64,000 nt of DNA from positions 448-64,447 of the forward strand of contig CBFFRQ010000198.1 in NCBI GenBank assembly GCA_965644315.1. The letters run 5' to 3'. The translations under genes were made by a program, and so were the position numbers. Each line of letters opens with the position of its first letter. Positions within the stretch are counted from its first letter, which is position 1. Under the pieces are notes generated by a model, which was not told where the DNA came from, made no database searches, and was given only the letters and a program-made list of their open reading frames with translations. The stretch is from Caecitellus pseudoparvulus. Taxonomy: Eukaryota; Protista; Bigyra: Bicosoecida. This document shows, piece by piece, positions 45,201 to 58,608 of the stretch.

Positions 45201-48200
45201 TGTCAATCATGAGGCTGATGGAAGAGGCACCGGCGAAGGACCCAGACAGCAGTGCAGACATGATGTGAGCTGCAGTGGGCACGGGGAGGAGCACGCTGCC
45301 CCAGCGATCGACCAGCGGCACGATGCGCGGGAAGGCAGGATTGGCCGTGAGCTCCTGCAGCAGCCGCGTGAAAGAGTGGATGTCAGTGGCCTGCGTCAGC
45401 TCGATGGCACGCATGACGTCAGCACAGGCCGGGTCGTCCTTGAGCAGGTCGGCTGCCACCTCCACGTCGCCGTGTGCGAGCCTGGCCAGCGTTGCGGCGG
45501 TGGGCACGAGGTCCGTGGACAGTCCCACGGACGAGACGAAGTTAGAGTTCGCCGCGACGTACCGCGCGAAGCGGGGCCCTGAAGCTGACGACATGATACC
45601 GGCCAGCAGGTCAGGAGACACCTCCAGGGAAGTGGCCACAGGGACGAAGGCGCCCAGGTCGCTGAGTTGGGTGCGAATGATGCGCACCATGGAGACGAAG
45701 TGCTCCTCATTGGGCACGGAGAACGCGGAACAGATGGCAGAGGCACCTGCCACGAGGAACTCAGTGCTGCCTGTGGCCAGACCCACCAGCCCGTACGCAA
45801 TGCGAGGGTTGCACGACGCGGCCACAGCAAGCGACCGCACGTCCTCCATGAAGGATTTCTGCCCCGTGGCGACACCGATGAGGGAAGCTGCGTCACGCAG
45901 ACCCATCTTGTCGCCCAGGCGCAAGCCGGCAGAGACGATCTCCTTGGCGTCGTCCGCTGTCGCCGCAGACACGAGGCTCCAGTACGCAGTGGCAGTGCCT
46001 GGCAGCTGGTTCTTGGCCTCCAGCATCAGCGCGCCCATGAGCATTTCCAGGCGCTCGTTAATTGTGCGCATGGCCTCCTGGCGCGCCGTCTCAGCCAGCT
46101 GGCTGATGAGGGCGGCGTCGTCCACTGCGTCCGCGGCGGTGGAGGCAGCTGCGCGCTTGGCAGCCTCCGCCTCAGCCTGCACTGAGGCGGAGATGTCTGC
46201 GGCACGCATGAGCTTGTGCCCCGTGGAGCACAGCACCAAGTGCAGCAGGGACACGATGGCGTTGAAGAGGGCTTCAGAGGCCACCCTGTCGTCCTCCTTC
46301 AGCGCAGTGGTAGTCTTGGCTGCGCCAGTGGCAGCAGCGGCCATGCTGTCCGTCATGCGCGACACCTTGCCCACCTTGTCGCTGATGGCGGTGGACACGG
46401 AGGGGTCCACCAGGCGGGCGTCAATGAGCAGCTTCACCAGCTCCTGCGCCATGTCGTGCACAGACAGGAGGGGGCTGGAGCGCAGTGCGGTGAGGATGGC
46501 AGTGGGGGAGATGCCGGACTCGTCCGCCCCCTGCGCCACCTGCAGAGACTTGATGGTCATGGTGGTGTTCAGGGTGAAGTTGGACGCCGTCACGACTCCG
46601 TCGATGATGAGCGGCAGCAGCGCACGCAAGTGCTTCACCACCGCCAGCATCTGGCGGAACTCACGAGGAATGGAGTCAGTGGTCAATACAGACTCTGACT
46701 CGAAGTCCGCTGCCATGGACGCACGCAGCGCTTCCACCCACGGGCCGTACTTCTCCGCTGCACTGCCGGCGGCTGACGGGTCAGCCCCGGCGCCCTGTGC
46801 AGCAGTGGGCGGTCGTACCAGCATGCGCCACGCCTTGCCGAAGCACTTCTGCATGGTGCTCACGTGGTAGTGCCCGATGTGCGACACGACAGCCTTGTGC
46901 CCCTGTCCAGAAGCGGTGCCGGAGCCCTGCACACCCGCAAAGGCGCCCTGGCTGCGGTCCGCCGACTCTGCCTCTTCCTCCTCGTCCCCGTCAGACAGGC
47001 GCAGCAGGCTGTCCACGTCAAAGCTGCCAGCGTCCATGGACGCCAGGCCTGCCATGATGAAGAAGGCAGCACCCACACCCCTGCACAGGTCAGGGCCCAC
47101 CTGCGTTCCCAGCAACGGCGCGATGCCCCCGAATAGTGTCCCCAACCGCTGCAGCAGGATAGAGTAGCTGGACACGAAGCCCTCCTCCTTGGCGTAGGCA
47201 AGGGCAGTGGCCCGCGCCAAGTGGGCAGGGTGAGGCGGCACAGAAGTGTGCGACAGCAGCGTCTGCACCGTGCCCTGCAGGTTGGTCAGAAAGCTGAACA
47301 CATTCGTGGCGATGGGCGTCAGCTGCTGCACGACGGAAGAGGACGCCATGAGACGCTCCATGACCTGAGTCGCCGCACCACCCCCCTGAATGTGTTCCAG
47401 CACCTCAGAAGACGTGTCCTGGTCCGCGAAATACGCCACTGCAGCCCGCAGGCGCTGAGGGTTCTCTGTCAGGAACGTCACAGCCTGCTGCAATCGCTCG
47501 GGGGGGTTGATGTCGTAGTCCCAGTCGTTGATGCGGCTGAGGGAGTCGGGCTGGTGCTGGTCGCCCAGCGTGCGCCCAATGAGCCCTGCGGCATCCCCAG
47601 CCGACAGGGACAGCACGATGTCGCCTGCGGGCGTGCGCAGCTTGCTAGACAGCGGCTCCAGCGCGACAGACGCCACAGTCTTGCGCTTGTGGTCAGCGGG
47701 AACCAGCTTGGAGGTCGCGCCCGCAGCGGCGTCCGACACCAGTCCTGACAGCGCAGCCCCATCCTTCTCCACAGCAGCGGCAAAGCCAGCTGCAGCACCC
47801 CCCGCGTTTGCAATGGTGGCTTCCACTGGCGCCACCTTCTTCAAGTGGAACCACAGTCCAGTGTGTGACTCCAACTGCTGGAACAGCGTCAGCGGGTGCC
47901 CACCTGCTGACACGGCCGCCCCAACGGCAGACTGAGCAGCCGAGGCAGCAGAGCCCACCTTGTCCAGCAGCGCACTCTTGCAGTCCTCGACAAAGCCCAG
48001 CAGGGCACGCTGGGCGCGGGCGGCGAACTTGGCCGACTGGTTCATGGAGTTCGACACCATGTCCACGAGGGAGGCGCTGACGCCGAAACGCAGCAGCCAG
48101 CCGCTGTTGAACAGCGCGAACGGGTTGCCGAAGAGCAGCTCCAGGGCCAACTCCAGTTCCTCAGCACTGCCCCGTGCGCCAATGAACTCCGCCACAGCTC

Positions 48201-51200
48201 GCAGGACGTGGGGCGGGATGCCCAGCTCGAACTGCACTGACTTGCCCGACAGCACCGCCTGAATGGCAGACGGCATGAGGTTGGCCTGCACCTGCTGCGC
48301 CATCTTCGCGCGCAGGCCGGCCAGGGTGCAGCACCGACACACCGTCCACGCCACCGCCTCCAGGCGCTCCATGAGCGGCAGGTGCTTCTCGAACTTGCCA
48401 GCAGCCCCACTGATGTCCATGCCGGCCTGTAGCCCAGCGATGACGAGGGCGGACAGGGAAGGGAAGTGTCCCATGGACGCCCGCACGCAAACGGACAGCA
48501 GCACGTACTGCTCCATGCCCAAGGAAGTCTCCAGCTGCTTGCGGTTGGCGGCCAGGGCCTGGAACTTGGCGGGCAACACGCTGGCCCAGTCTTCGTTGGC
48601 TAGGGATGCCGCCACTGCCTCCAGCGTCTCGGGCTTGGTCGCTGCCACCCGGAACTCGTCCAGGCCCTGCCCCAGCGGCGGCCAGGACGTCAGGTTTCGG
48701 GACATGGCAGACGACATGAGCACGCCCAGCTGGTACCGCCGCACGAGCACATCGCGCACGAAGGAGCTAGTGGCGCCCACGCCAAAGTTCTGTGCGCGCA
48801 AGAGGTCGCGGAAGGACGCGTCCACGCCCGTGCACAGGCTGGCCTCAGTCACCAGCTGCAGCACGTGCCACATGAGGGAGCCCTCCGATGTGTCGAACAT
48901 GGACCCAGCCTCGTGTGCCTGCCCAGTGAGCAGCATGCGGAAAATTGCCAACGTGTGGTACCGAATGCGGCTGGCCTCACCGCCACGCAGCTTGGCCTGG
49001 CTGGCAAAGTCATACGTCGTGCGCACCTTGCCCAGCATGGCGCGCAGAATGGGGTCCAGCAACGCCTCCACGCCTGTCTGTCCGCCCACTCGGTCGAAGA
49101 CGTTCTCAGCCAAGCCCTCCGCCGCAGACACAGCGGCCCCCGACGCGACAGCTTCCCGCGCAGCGGTGAGACTGGACACGTTGGCCCGGTCCAGCATGAC
49201 GCCCAGCAACTTCACGATGCGGCGTTGGTCTGCTGGAGCCATGGACGTCATACTCTGCAGCAGGCGCGCGACAAAGGGCAGCTTCAGGCGCAGCACACTA
49301 CGCAGGGTGTGGGACCCCACCGCCTGGCTGGCGGCATCCTCCAGGGCTGCACGTGGACCACGTGTCACCACGCCGTCCAGCACTGTCGTCACGCACTGGG
49401 GCGCCTCCGCTGGCAGCTTGGCGGCAGTCATGATCTTGTCCACCGCCTCCAGACGGGTGATGCCGCTGGCCACCAGCAGCATGGCGCGTTGGGAACCGGT
49501 CAGGCCGGGGATGTCGGGCGGGTCCATGAGGGCCGCCGCCTCGTCGCCCAGCTCCTCGATGGTGTCTGCCATGGACTTCAGCGAGTGGTCCAGCTCCTCG
49601 CTCACGCCCAGCTGCCCTGCCACGGCCTGCACTGCAGAGTTCGTGGAGGCCTTCCGCAGGGCTTGGGTGGCGGCGTCAGCGCCGCCTGCGCTACGGGCCG
49701 CTTGCAGCGCCTTGCTGACAGTCACGTTCCCCAGCACGACGTGCTCCGCGATGCGATCGATGCGCACGTCAAAGCCTGTCGCAAAGCCTGCAAGAATGAG
49801 CGGCAGGCGGTGCAGCTCGGCGGGGATGCTGGCCAGCGCGTCCTTGCTCAGACCCGCCAGTGCCTCTGTCCCCGCCATTTCAGACAGCTGCCCCAGCATC
49901 TCCTTCAACACCAGGGCACCTGTGCGGGTGATGTCCACAGACTTCTTCCCAGACGCAAAGGCCAGAATGGCGCGCAGAGCAGAGGCCTTCACCCCCACTA
50001 ACTTCTCGAACATGGGCCCCAGCAGAGTCACCGTCTCGTCCACGTCACCCCGTGCGGCAGCGGCGAAGCCACGCAGCGTGTTCTGGAACGTACTAAGCGC
50101 TTCTGTGATGTCTTTCGGATTGATGGCGCCGTACGCCGCCCGGATCTCAGGCGGCAACTCATCCGACACGTACTCCTCCAGCAACTCGTCCATGGCCGCC
50201 TTGCTGGCCAGAGCCGCTTTCTGCGCCGCCTCGCTGCCAGCCAGGGCGTCGGCTGCCTTGTCTAGGCCCTTGCCAACAGCCGCGCCGTCCTGGGACGTCA
50301 CTGCCTCGGCTGCCGCACTGCCGGCCTTGGCAGCCTTCTCCCCAGCCTCAGCGGCGGCCTCCTTCGCTTCCTGGGCCTTCTTCAACAGCTCGTCCTTGGC
50401 AGCCTGCATCTGCGCCAGCTTAGCCTTGGCTTGCTCCACATGCGCCTCAGTGTGCCCCTTGGCTCGCATGAGAGCGGCCTGGCGTTCCTCCGGGCTCATC
50501 TTCGCGAATAGCGTGGCGTGGCCAAAGGCGGCATCCACGGCTGAACCAGCGATGGCGCCAACCCGGCCCTTTGTGTGCTTCGTCACTTGCTTCTTCACAA
50601 GCCCCTGCAGCTTGTCCATGATCAAGTCGATCAGCAACGTCTGCAGCTGGGGGTCGCTGAGCAGGTCTGACACGTCCTTGTCGCGCGCAGACAGGACGCG
50701 CTCCAGCAGCTTGCCGAACTTGGTGATGGCGTTGCCGACATTCACCTTCCCCACACCCGGCACCTCCACTGTCTTGTCTCCCAGGGCTTCTGCCGCCAGG
50801 GCCGTGCTGTCTCGCATCAGGGCCTCGGGGTTGTCCCGGTATGCCTGCGCCTGAGCCTGGGCCTTGTCCAGGGTCGCCTGCCCCTCCAGCAGGAAGGGCG
50901 CCGCCTTCTTCAACGCCGCCTCCACTGGCGCATACACCTCCCCCATGCGCTTGCGCACCTCCATCTCGGCAGCGGCACGGATCTCCCGCGCCTTGGCCAC
51001 GGCAAACTCCTTCCCGGCCTCTTTGGCAGCTGCAATCTCCGCTTCAATGCGCTCCTCAGCTTGCGCCATGAGCTTCTCAGCCTCCAGCTGCCCCCGGCGT
51101 AGAGCGGCCTCCTGTGCCTCCTCCACAGCCTTCACGATGGCAGCGGGGGCCTTGGCGTGGAACTCGTGTGCACGGGCCAGGTGCGCAGGGGCAGCCTGTG

Positions 51201-54200
51201 CGAAGGCACGGGCAGCGCCGACTGGGTCCGCGGCAGCGCCCGCCAGACCTTGTTTCGCAGCCCCCGCACCAGCCTGCAGAGCAGCGTCCAATCCAGGCGC
51301 AGAGACGCCCAGCTTGCTCTGTGCCATGGCGGATGCGCGTTGGGCCTGCTGCAAGGCGCCGTCGATGGCGGCGTTCCCTGCACCCACCACGCCGCTCATG
51401 TGTGGTGCAACGAGGACTGTGCACAGCTCGTTTAGCAGGTACAACGCCGTCTCCTCGGAAGGTGACGTGATGACCCGCGCGGCCAGGTCCATCAAGCGCA
51501 GCATGCGCTTGTCCACGTTCTGGTCCTCCAGGAAGTCCATGAGGGCCGCGACGATCTCGCCTGTCGCACGCATGCGGTTGGCTTCGTCAGACGTCACCAT
51601 CAAGTGCACAGCTTTGGACAGCTTCACGATGCGGGCGATGAGGCGCTCATCCTTGACCGGCGTCAGCTGTGTCGCCACTGGTGGCAGTGCGTCCATCACT
51701 GCCGACATGTCCCGCCGTGCGAAGGCGATGAGCAGTCCTGCGAGCGTGGGATCCACCTTCAGCTGCTCGAGGGCCAGCTTGGCCAGGCGCTCAGGAGTCA
51801 GCTGCCCCTTCACCAGGGCCAGCTGCGTCTCCAGGTCAATGCCGGTGCGGGAGGCAGTGAGGGCCATGGCGTCCGCGAGCATGGAGGAGGCGGCGTCCTT
51901 GGACAGGGCAGCAGTGATGCTGGACACGTCGACAGACAGCAGCGCCTTGCCCAGGTCCTCCGCCGCCTGTCCGGGCTTGGCCTTGGTGCTCTTGCCATTC
52001 AGCAGGGGGCTCTTGGCCAGCACCTCCCGCACGATCTCCGATACGCTCTCCATCATGATGTTCTCCGCTTCCCGGCGCAGGTTGTTGGCCTGGGCCAGAC
52101 GGGCCGTCACGATGCCGAAAAAGGTCACGGCAGCAGCGGCGAAGGGGAGGAACCGGTTGGGCTCGATGATGGCGCCCAGCACCCAGTACACGGCCACCAG
52201 GGTGAGGTAGCCCCCCCACGCGGTGACCATGAGGAAGAGGTACACGCGAAGCAGCGCGTTTACCAGCCAGCGCAGGGTGTACCGGAAGTGCTCCAGGCCC
52301 GTGAACTCCTTCTCAAAAGTGATAGGGGAGGTGGCGGAAGCTTGGTCCACGAACTCCACGATCTTGGGCGTGCGCAGGTCAGACAGCTTCTCCACCCGCT
52401 CAATGACGATGCGGGAGGCTTGCTTGGGCAGCACGAAGCCGATGAGGCGCCCCGCCACCTTGTCTGTCCGCGTCATGACAGAGGACAGCACGCCTGATGA
52501 AGTGCTCGCCTGCTGATGCTGCCGTGCAGCCTGCAGCTGCCGTGCCAGGACGGAGATGCTGGACTTGTCCAGGGTCTCGTCCTCCTCGTCCTCAGCCACC
52601 TCCTTCAGGCGCCCGCTGCGGCAGGTGCAGCAGTACCACGCCGAGCACACGGACTGTGGGCACCGCATGCAGCAGCAGGTGAGGGCTGCAGCCATGCGCT
52701 CCTCACGCTTGCGCTCCAGCTCCTCCAACACGTCCTCAGCCTCGTTCACGACGCCCTGCCCGATGGCCTTCGCAGACTTCGTCTCCACGGTGCCGCTGGC
52801 TTGAGCGCCCTTGTACAGGGCGTCGGCGCTGGCCACGTCGTCAGCGTTGGCTTCGCCTTCAAGCGCCTTGGCCTTCTTGCGCTGCTTGAGCTGGGAGTCG
52901 GTTGCCCGACGGTACCGCAGCAAGTGCGCAGCGGCCACAGACGTCTTCAGGAACGACTTATACACGTCAGCATCGAGAATGTCGTCGCCTTCACGGGGGG
53001 TGGGCTGGTTGCTGAAGGGCATGGCGCCAGACGCAGCGGCCCGGTTGGCGCCTTCCGTGTCCAACGCAGGCAGACGTCGCAGACGATCCGCCTTAGAGCT
53101 TTCCATGGCCTTGGCCTGCGCGGCTGCCACGATGCTGGTGCCAGACGACGGCACAGCGACGGCCACATCGGCACTCGCCGCACCCTCCCGCTCCACCTTC
53201 ACCTCAGGTGCATCCAGCACGTTACCGTCGCCGTCCTCAGCTGTGGCCTGTGCTGCAGAGCTCGTAAACTGCTTGCCCTTGGCCTGATTGCGCTGCGTCT
53301 TTGCCTTTTTCTTGTTCTCGTCTTCCTCTTCATCCGAGGAAGAGGAAGACGAGGAGTTGTCAGCTGGCTCGTCCGAGACGCGCTTCAGGACGATGGGGAA
53401 CTCGTACTGCCGCTGGCGCAGCAAGTACTCTGCGTCGTGGAAGGTGAGGCCGTGTGCAGGGCCGATGGAGGCGCCGTGCAGCAGAGGGCGCCCAGTCTGG
53501 AAGGGGTGGTACAGCGGCACCTGCAGGTGGTACAGGATGAGCTCAATCACCGCGACTCCCACGAATCCCGCCACGAAGAGGTAGATAATAATCTGGTTCA
53601 CCAGCAGGTTCGTGGACCGGAACACCTCCCATGGCTCGTACAGAATGGAGTTGAACGTGAGCAGGTTGGAGCTCTGGTCCAGGTCAAAGGCCGTAGTGTT
53701 CACGAAGACCGTCTGGGAGTACAGCGCCAAGAACAGGAAGGGCAGCGTCGGCACCAGCACTTGCAGCACCTGCAGCACGACAGACAGGAAGAGGATGAAG
53801 TTGGCCGCGGACTGGTCAGCAGCAATGGCGTTGGTGCGCTCAGCCAAGGGTGTGTTGCCAGCGGTGGTGCTTGCACCCACCGCCCCGCCCACCGTCACGC
53901 CCAGCGCATCATCGCCGGCAGCGCCAAAGTTGCACATGCCGCAGCAGCCGCCCCTCCGCCCCTCCTGCTGCTGCTCGTACAGCTCGCGCTGTTCGTTCTG
54001 CCAAGCCTTCGACAGCACCAGAGGGCGGATGCCCTTCAGGTAGTTCAGCTCCTTATCACGGTCTACGGCCAACTTCAGTTCAGACTCGATGACGGAGGCC
54101 GTCAACGGCGCGGCCAGCTCCCGGTGCGTGCGGCAGAAGGTCTTGTACGCCTTCTGGAACTGGACCAGGGGGATGTAGTCGGACTCCACACCCGTCACTT

Positions 54201-56939
54201 CACACTCCGACGCCAGGAAGAACTTCAGCATGCTGCGCTGGTACAGCTGCTTGCTGGACACTTGCTCCTGCACCAGAGCACTCTTGTCCTTGAAGCGCAC
54301 CGTGCGGATGACAGTCGTGCGCTCCGTCTCGACGGTCACGTTGAAGCGCTTGCGTAGGATGGTCTGGGCGGCCTCTGACAGCACATCCATCTCCGTGAAG
54401 CCGTTGCGCGCGCAGTACGCGACGTAGCCCTCGTTGAACACCGCCACTCGCTCCATGCTCTTGCTGACTGCCTCGAACTCCTTCTCTGGCGCGACGGAGG
54501 ACGGGTTTCGCAGGCGCAGCACATCCTTCAGCACTCCCCACCGAGACCGCCGCAGGCCAGGCGGGAAGGGCTGGCAGAACACAAGTCGCGCGACGGCACT
54601 GAGGAAGGAGATGTCCCGCTTGGGCGTCTGGTAGTAGTCCCGGATGTAAGAGGAGATGGAAGTGGTCAGCTTGGGCGCGATGAGCCAGGCGGCCAGGGAG
54701 GTGGCCTGGAAGTATCCCCAGTCCAGTTCCGGCAGCGCGCGCAGCTGGGGCACGGGGTCCATCAGCTCCAGCAGTTGGCCCCCTGCTGCGGCCTTGGCCT
54801 TGGCTGCGTCCAGCTCCTGGCTCTTGGTCTGCCGCACCATGTACGAGTGCAGGTAGTGCCGCGCAAAGCGGTTGGCAAACACCGCCACCGCGGCGATGGA
54901 GAGGCCCATGAGAGTGGCCAGCAGCACGGACAGGCACACGGCAATGACCAGGGGAATGTTATTCAGCAGGGTGATGACGGAATTCTTGAAGGTGCCCTTA
55001 TCGTCCACCTCGTACCGGAAGAAGCCAATTTCTGACTTCTGCCCCAGCACGTACCGGCGGCTGGCTTCCGTCACCAGCTGCACAATGTCCCCAAGGATGG
55101 CTTCAGAGATCTTGCCAGACTCCTGCGTGCCCAGGCCTGGGCCACGACCTGCGACAGCCCCCTGCTGAGAAGCAGGCGCCGCTTGCAGCACGGACACTGG
55201 GCAGAAGCCAGGGTTGAACCGGGCAGGCACTTCACGAAAGCGTGGGTTCAGCATGGAAGCTGAGAAGGCGGACAGCCAATGCGGCTCAAGCTGCAAGTAC
55301 ACGTCCTTGGTGGCAAAGAGCCATCGCCCTGCGTTTTGCTGGGCCAAGTCAATGGCGACGATGGCGTCGTACGACGGCTCGCGGTCTACCCAAGCCTGGA
55401 TGCTCTGCAGCACGCGGCGCGTGGCGGGGTCCAGGGACACGCCAGCTGAGAAGGCACCTCCATCAGACACGGCGTAGCCTTCTGCGCGGATAATTTGGTC
55501 ATTCAGGAGGCCAGCATACACGCCGCCTCGTGTGACGGAGACGCTGTGCTCGTGGACGGGGACACTGCCCAGCGTCGTCCCGCATGTCAAGCCGTCGACG
55601 AAGGTCGCGTTGTCGGAAATGAACTCGGAGTCGCACAAGTCTACAATCATGCTACAAGACAGCTGAGAGGAGCCGGTGCCGCTGTTGGCGGCGCCGCCCT
55701 GCTCAGGTAAGCCGCAGCTGGAGCTGTCCTGGAACAGCTCTGTGCGGGCCGGGGCAGTGGCGCAAATGACGCCGCTGGGCTCTGACGCGTTGACACGGAC
55801 AAAGGCCCCTGAGGCGTGCGGGTAGCGAGCAGCAGACGTGGTGATGTACACCTCCCCACCTCGGGTCGTACAAAAGTCAGACAGCGTGGGGCTGGTAGAG
55901 TTGTCCGTCGCGTTGAAGCTGGAAAAAGTGGGGGAAGTCGCATTCAGCAGGGACAGGTCGCACTCTGCCCGATACCGCGTGCCGATGTCGATGGAGGAGT
56001 CTGTGTACACGTCTCGCAGGTTCACAATGCCTCGCTCCGCTGACACGCTGACCCGCCCGCCGACGATGCTGGTGAGGTCCACATGCATCGAGTCAGCTGC
56101 GTAGACAGACACGTGGCCAGTGGGGCCCAACACCACCTCCTTGCCGCTCTGGAAGGTGCCAGGCGGCGTCTGCACCACCAGATCGGCAACGTTGGAAGAT
56201 ATGTACAGTGTGCCGTTGTACTGGTACGGCAGTCGCAAGTCCACTTCACACGGGATGGCGGCATTTGAAGTGGAGATGTTCACAGAGTTTGCCGCTGAGT
56301 CCAGCGCCAGAGCTGTCTCGGGCAGGGTGGCATCAATGATGGACTGGAAATTCTCCCTGATGAAGCGGAACGTCTGGTCCCGCGGCCTGGACATGCGGAT
56401 GGACAGCTGCACTTGGTCGTTGCTCTTCGGCGTGTCCAGCAGCGTCAGGCGGCAGAGGTCGGCGGAAAAGTACAGGTCGCCGTTGGGGTCAAATGGGGGG
56501 CTCACATCCCCAGGCCGGTAGAAGAACTGCCGGTACAGCGAGTACAGTGAGGGGATGACCTGCGGGGGAGGGTTGGGGGGTACAAGTGTGAAGAGTACAC
56601 GGTCGCACAGCGAACGCGGCGCCGCCGCACCATGCTGATCGTTAGCAGCAACGCCAAGAAGCAGAGGCGCAGGGTGGTGCCCTGTGTCCGCGTGATGCGC
56701 ATGTGTGTGAGGGGGAAGATGACCTTGCCTGCCAGAGGGTCGTCCAGCTCAGCCCTGCGCTTCGCGGAGGCTGCCTTTTCCTGCTCCACAGCTGCCTCCT
56801 CCAACTCGGCGTCTTCGTGGGACTGCAGGAGCATGGACACCTCCAACTCGCCCATGAGGGAGGACTGGTCGGCATACGCCTTTGCAGTGCGTGTTTCCTT
56901 TCGGGGGACGTCCCCCGCCTCGCCAGAAGCTGCCGCCAT
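27241..56939 (-). CDS. Giant (~9875 aa) multi-pass membrane protein with six SPRY domains, a WD40-like region and C-terminal EF-hands; exons 56939-56631 and 56559-27241
   Basis: 9754-aa uninterrupted ORF. A 71-nt GTGCGG...CCCCCGCAG intron (56630-56560) joins it in frame to MAAASGEAG and rebuilds a TM helix (LCFLALLLTISM/VIPSLYSLY). SPRY motifs G(K/R)(W/H/Y)Y.E; EF-hand FDTDGGGISFDEF. Confidence 0.9.
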
Positions 56940-58608
56940 GTGGAGGAGCTGTGATGGTGTGAGTGCACGCTCAGGGCTCCGCCGCACAGCCTGTCGGAAG
57001 GAACGGCAGCGCGGGGGACGTGCAGACTGGCGGCAGGGCACGGAAGAAGCTCCAAATGTCGCTTGTGCGGAGATGTTGCGCACACACCGTTTGGGGGCGT
57101 CGCGTGGGCGAGTCTCGGAACTACGACAATCACTTCGTCGGCAGCGACGAGGAGGAAAAACCGACCCGGCCAGCAGCGAGAGCACGGCACCACGAAGGTC
57201 TCGAAAGGTAGAGAGGGTGGCGTATGGTACAGAAAAGGAGGTGGGTTGCGCTGGGTGATGGGAGTATGCGGCATCGGTACTTTTGACAGGGGTAGTGAGA
57301 CGAGGTGCTGGTGCAGCAACTGCCGCATCAACCTGAAGCAACTGCCGCCGCCCAATGCCGACCCACACATGCAGCGCACCAGAGAAGTGAAGGAGGTACA
57401 TTGGCGTGGACTTCTGCCCAGCAGGGCTGGCTCCGCGTCGCTGCATTTGCCTACACTCGCCCTGTTTCCCGCAAAGGACACATGAGCCTGATGCCTCTAC
57501 TGCGTGCATTGGCGCAAAGGTTTCAACGACACGTGCCCTGCCTGCCCCCTCTGGTATGCCTATGATGTTCCATCCTTCCAAATGCATTGCAGGTGCTGCG
57601 TGTTCCCCCCAAGCCCTTCCAAGTGGCCTGTGCTTCTTCGCGGTGCCACACAAGTCCTGCCTCGTTCAAGCACAGCAGCCCACAGCAAGTGGCACGGGTG
57701 GGGTCGCAACGCCAGAGTAGCTTGGTCGCAGTGTGTTGTCTGCCTTGATCGACAAAACCGCTGGCTGTGGCAGTGCAGCGGTTGCGTCTGCCTTTCGACG
57801 TTGCCAACAGCCGGCAAACCAGGGCTCGTGCATGCCCGCACATACGATCAAAGGGGGGACACAAGAAGTGGGAAGGCTGCAAAGAACTCAAGTCCAACTA
57901 CACTTCAGCGCTTTCTCTGACTCCCCACCTGGATAAAGATCAGAAACCCAAGCTGCTGGCAAGACCGTGGAGGAACTCCTCCCAGCATGTGTACAGGCGA
58001 AAAGCACGTGAATAGCACGCGACCAGAGTCCACGACGCTATGCATGCCTTTATTTCATCGATCTTGGTAACCTGTTGGTACCTTCTTCGCAACGGCTGTC
58101 TCTCCAGCTACTCCCGGCTGCCAAGGTGCATGCGGAATTGCGGAAATTGCTTGCTTGTCCCCGTCCATCTGCCCACAAACACCACAATCGCAAAGATTCG
58201 GGTCTAGCGACGCGACCAGTTGGATGGCACTGATATGTTTATCATAGCCTATGACAGGCAAGCGACACGACATCTACTGCCCCTACGAACAAGGTCCATG
58301 TGTGTGAAGCAATGAAACAGCGGAGCTCCTGTACAAAATCACGTCTGCAGCGCCAGTGCTGGGGCTTTACCGGGTCCGAATGTCCATGTTCGTGTTGTGA
58401 GATGTGGCTGTATTGTCGCGGGTTGGTTCGTTTGCTTATTTTGCTCCGGAGATTCCCAAAAGCTGAGTCCTTTCTCAAACCTCACTAAACCTCTACACAT
58501 CTTCACGCCACCGCTGACATTGAGCAGTCTCTGGGTTGAAAAGTTTCGTCAGCATGAGCGGTTGACGAACATGGTGATGCATTACGCCAAGGCCTGGCAC
58601 CCACCCCC

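Noticed and set aside
27248-56521. Many long + strand and alternate-frame ORFs (e.g. 27248..30172, 48263..50854, 52516..54357)
   Set aside because: Antisense shadows of the giant gene, caused by GC-rich codon bias; Ser/Ala/Arg-rich with no domains.
56940-57653. Upstream extension of ORF 56502..57653 as part of the giant protein
   Set aside because: Sequence before MAAASGEAG looks like UTR/intergenic DNA with a GTG start; ATG 56939 is the more plausible start.
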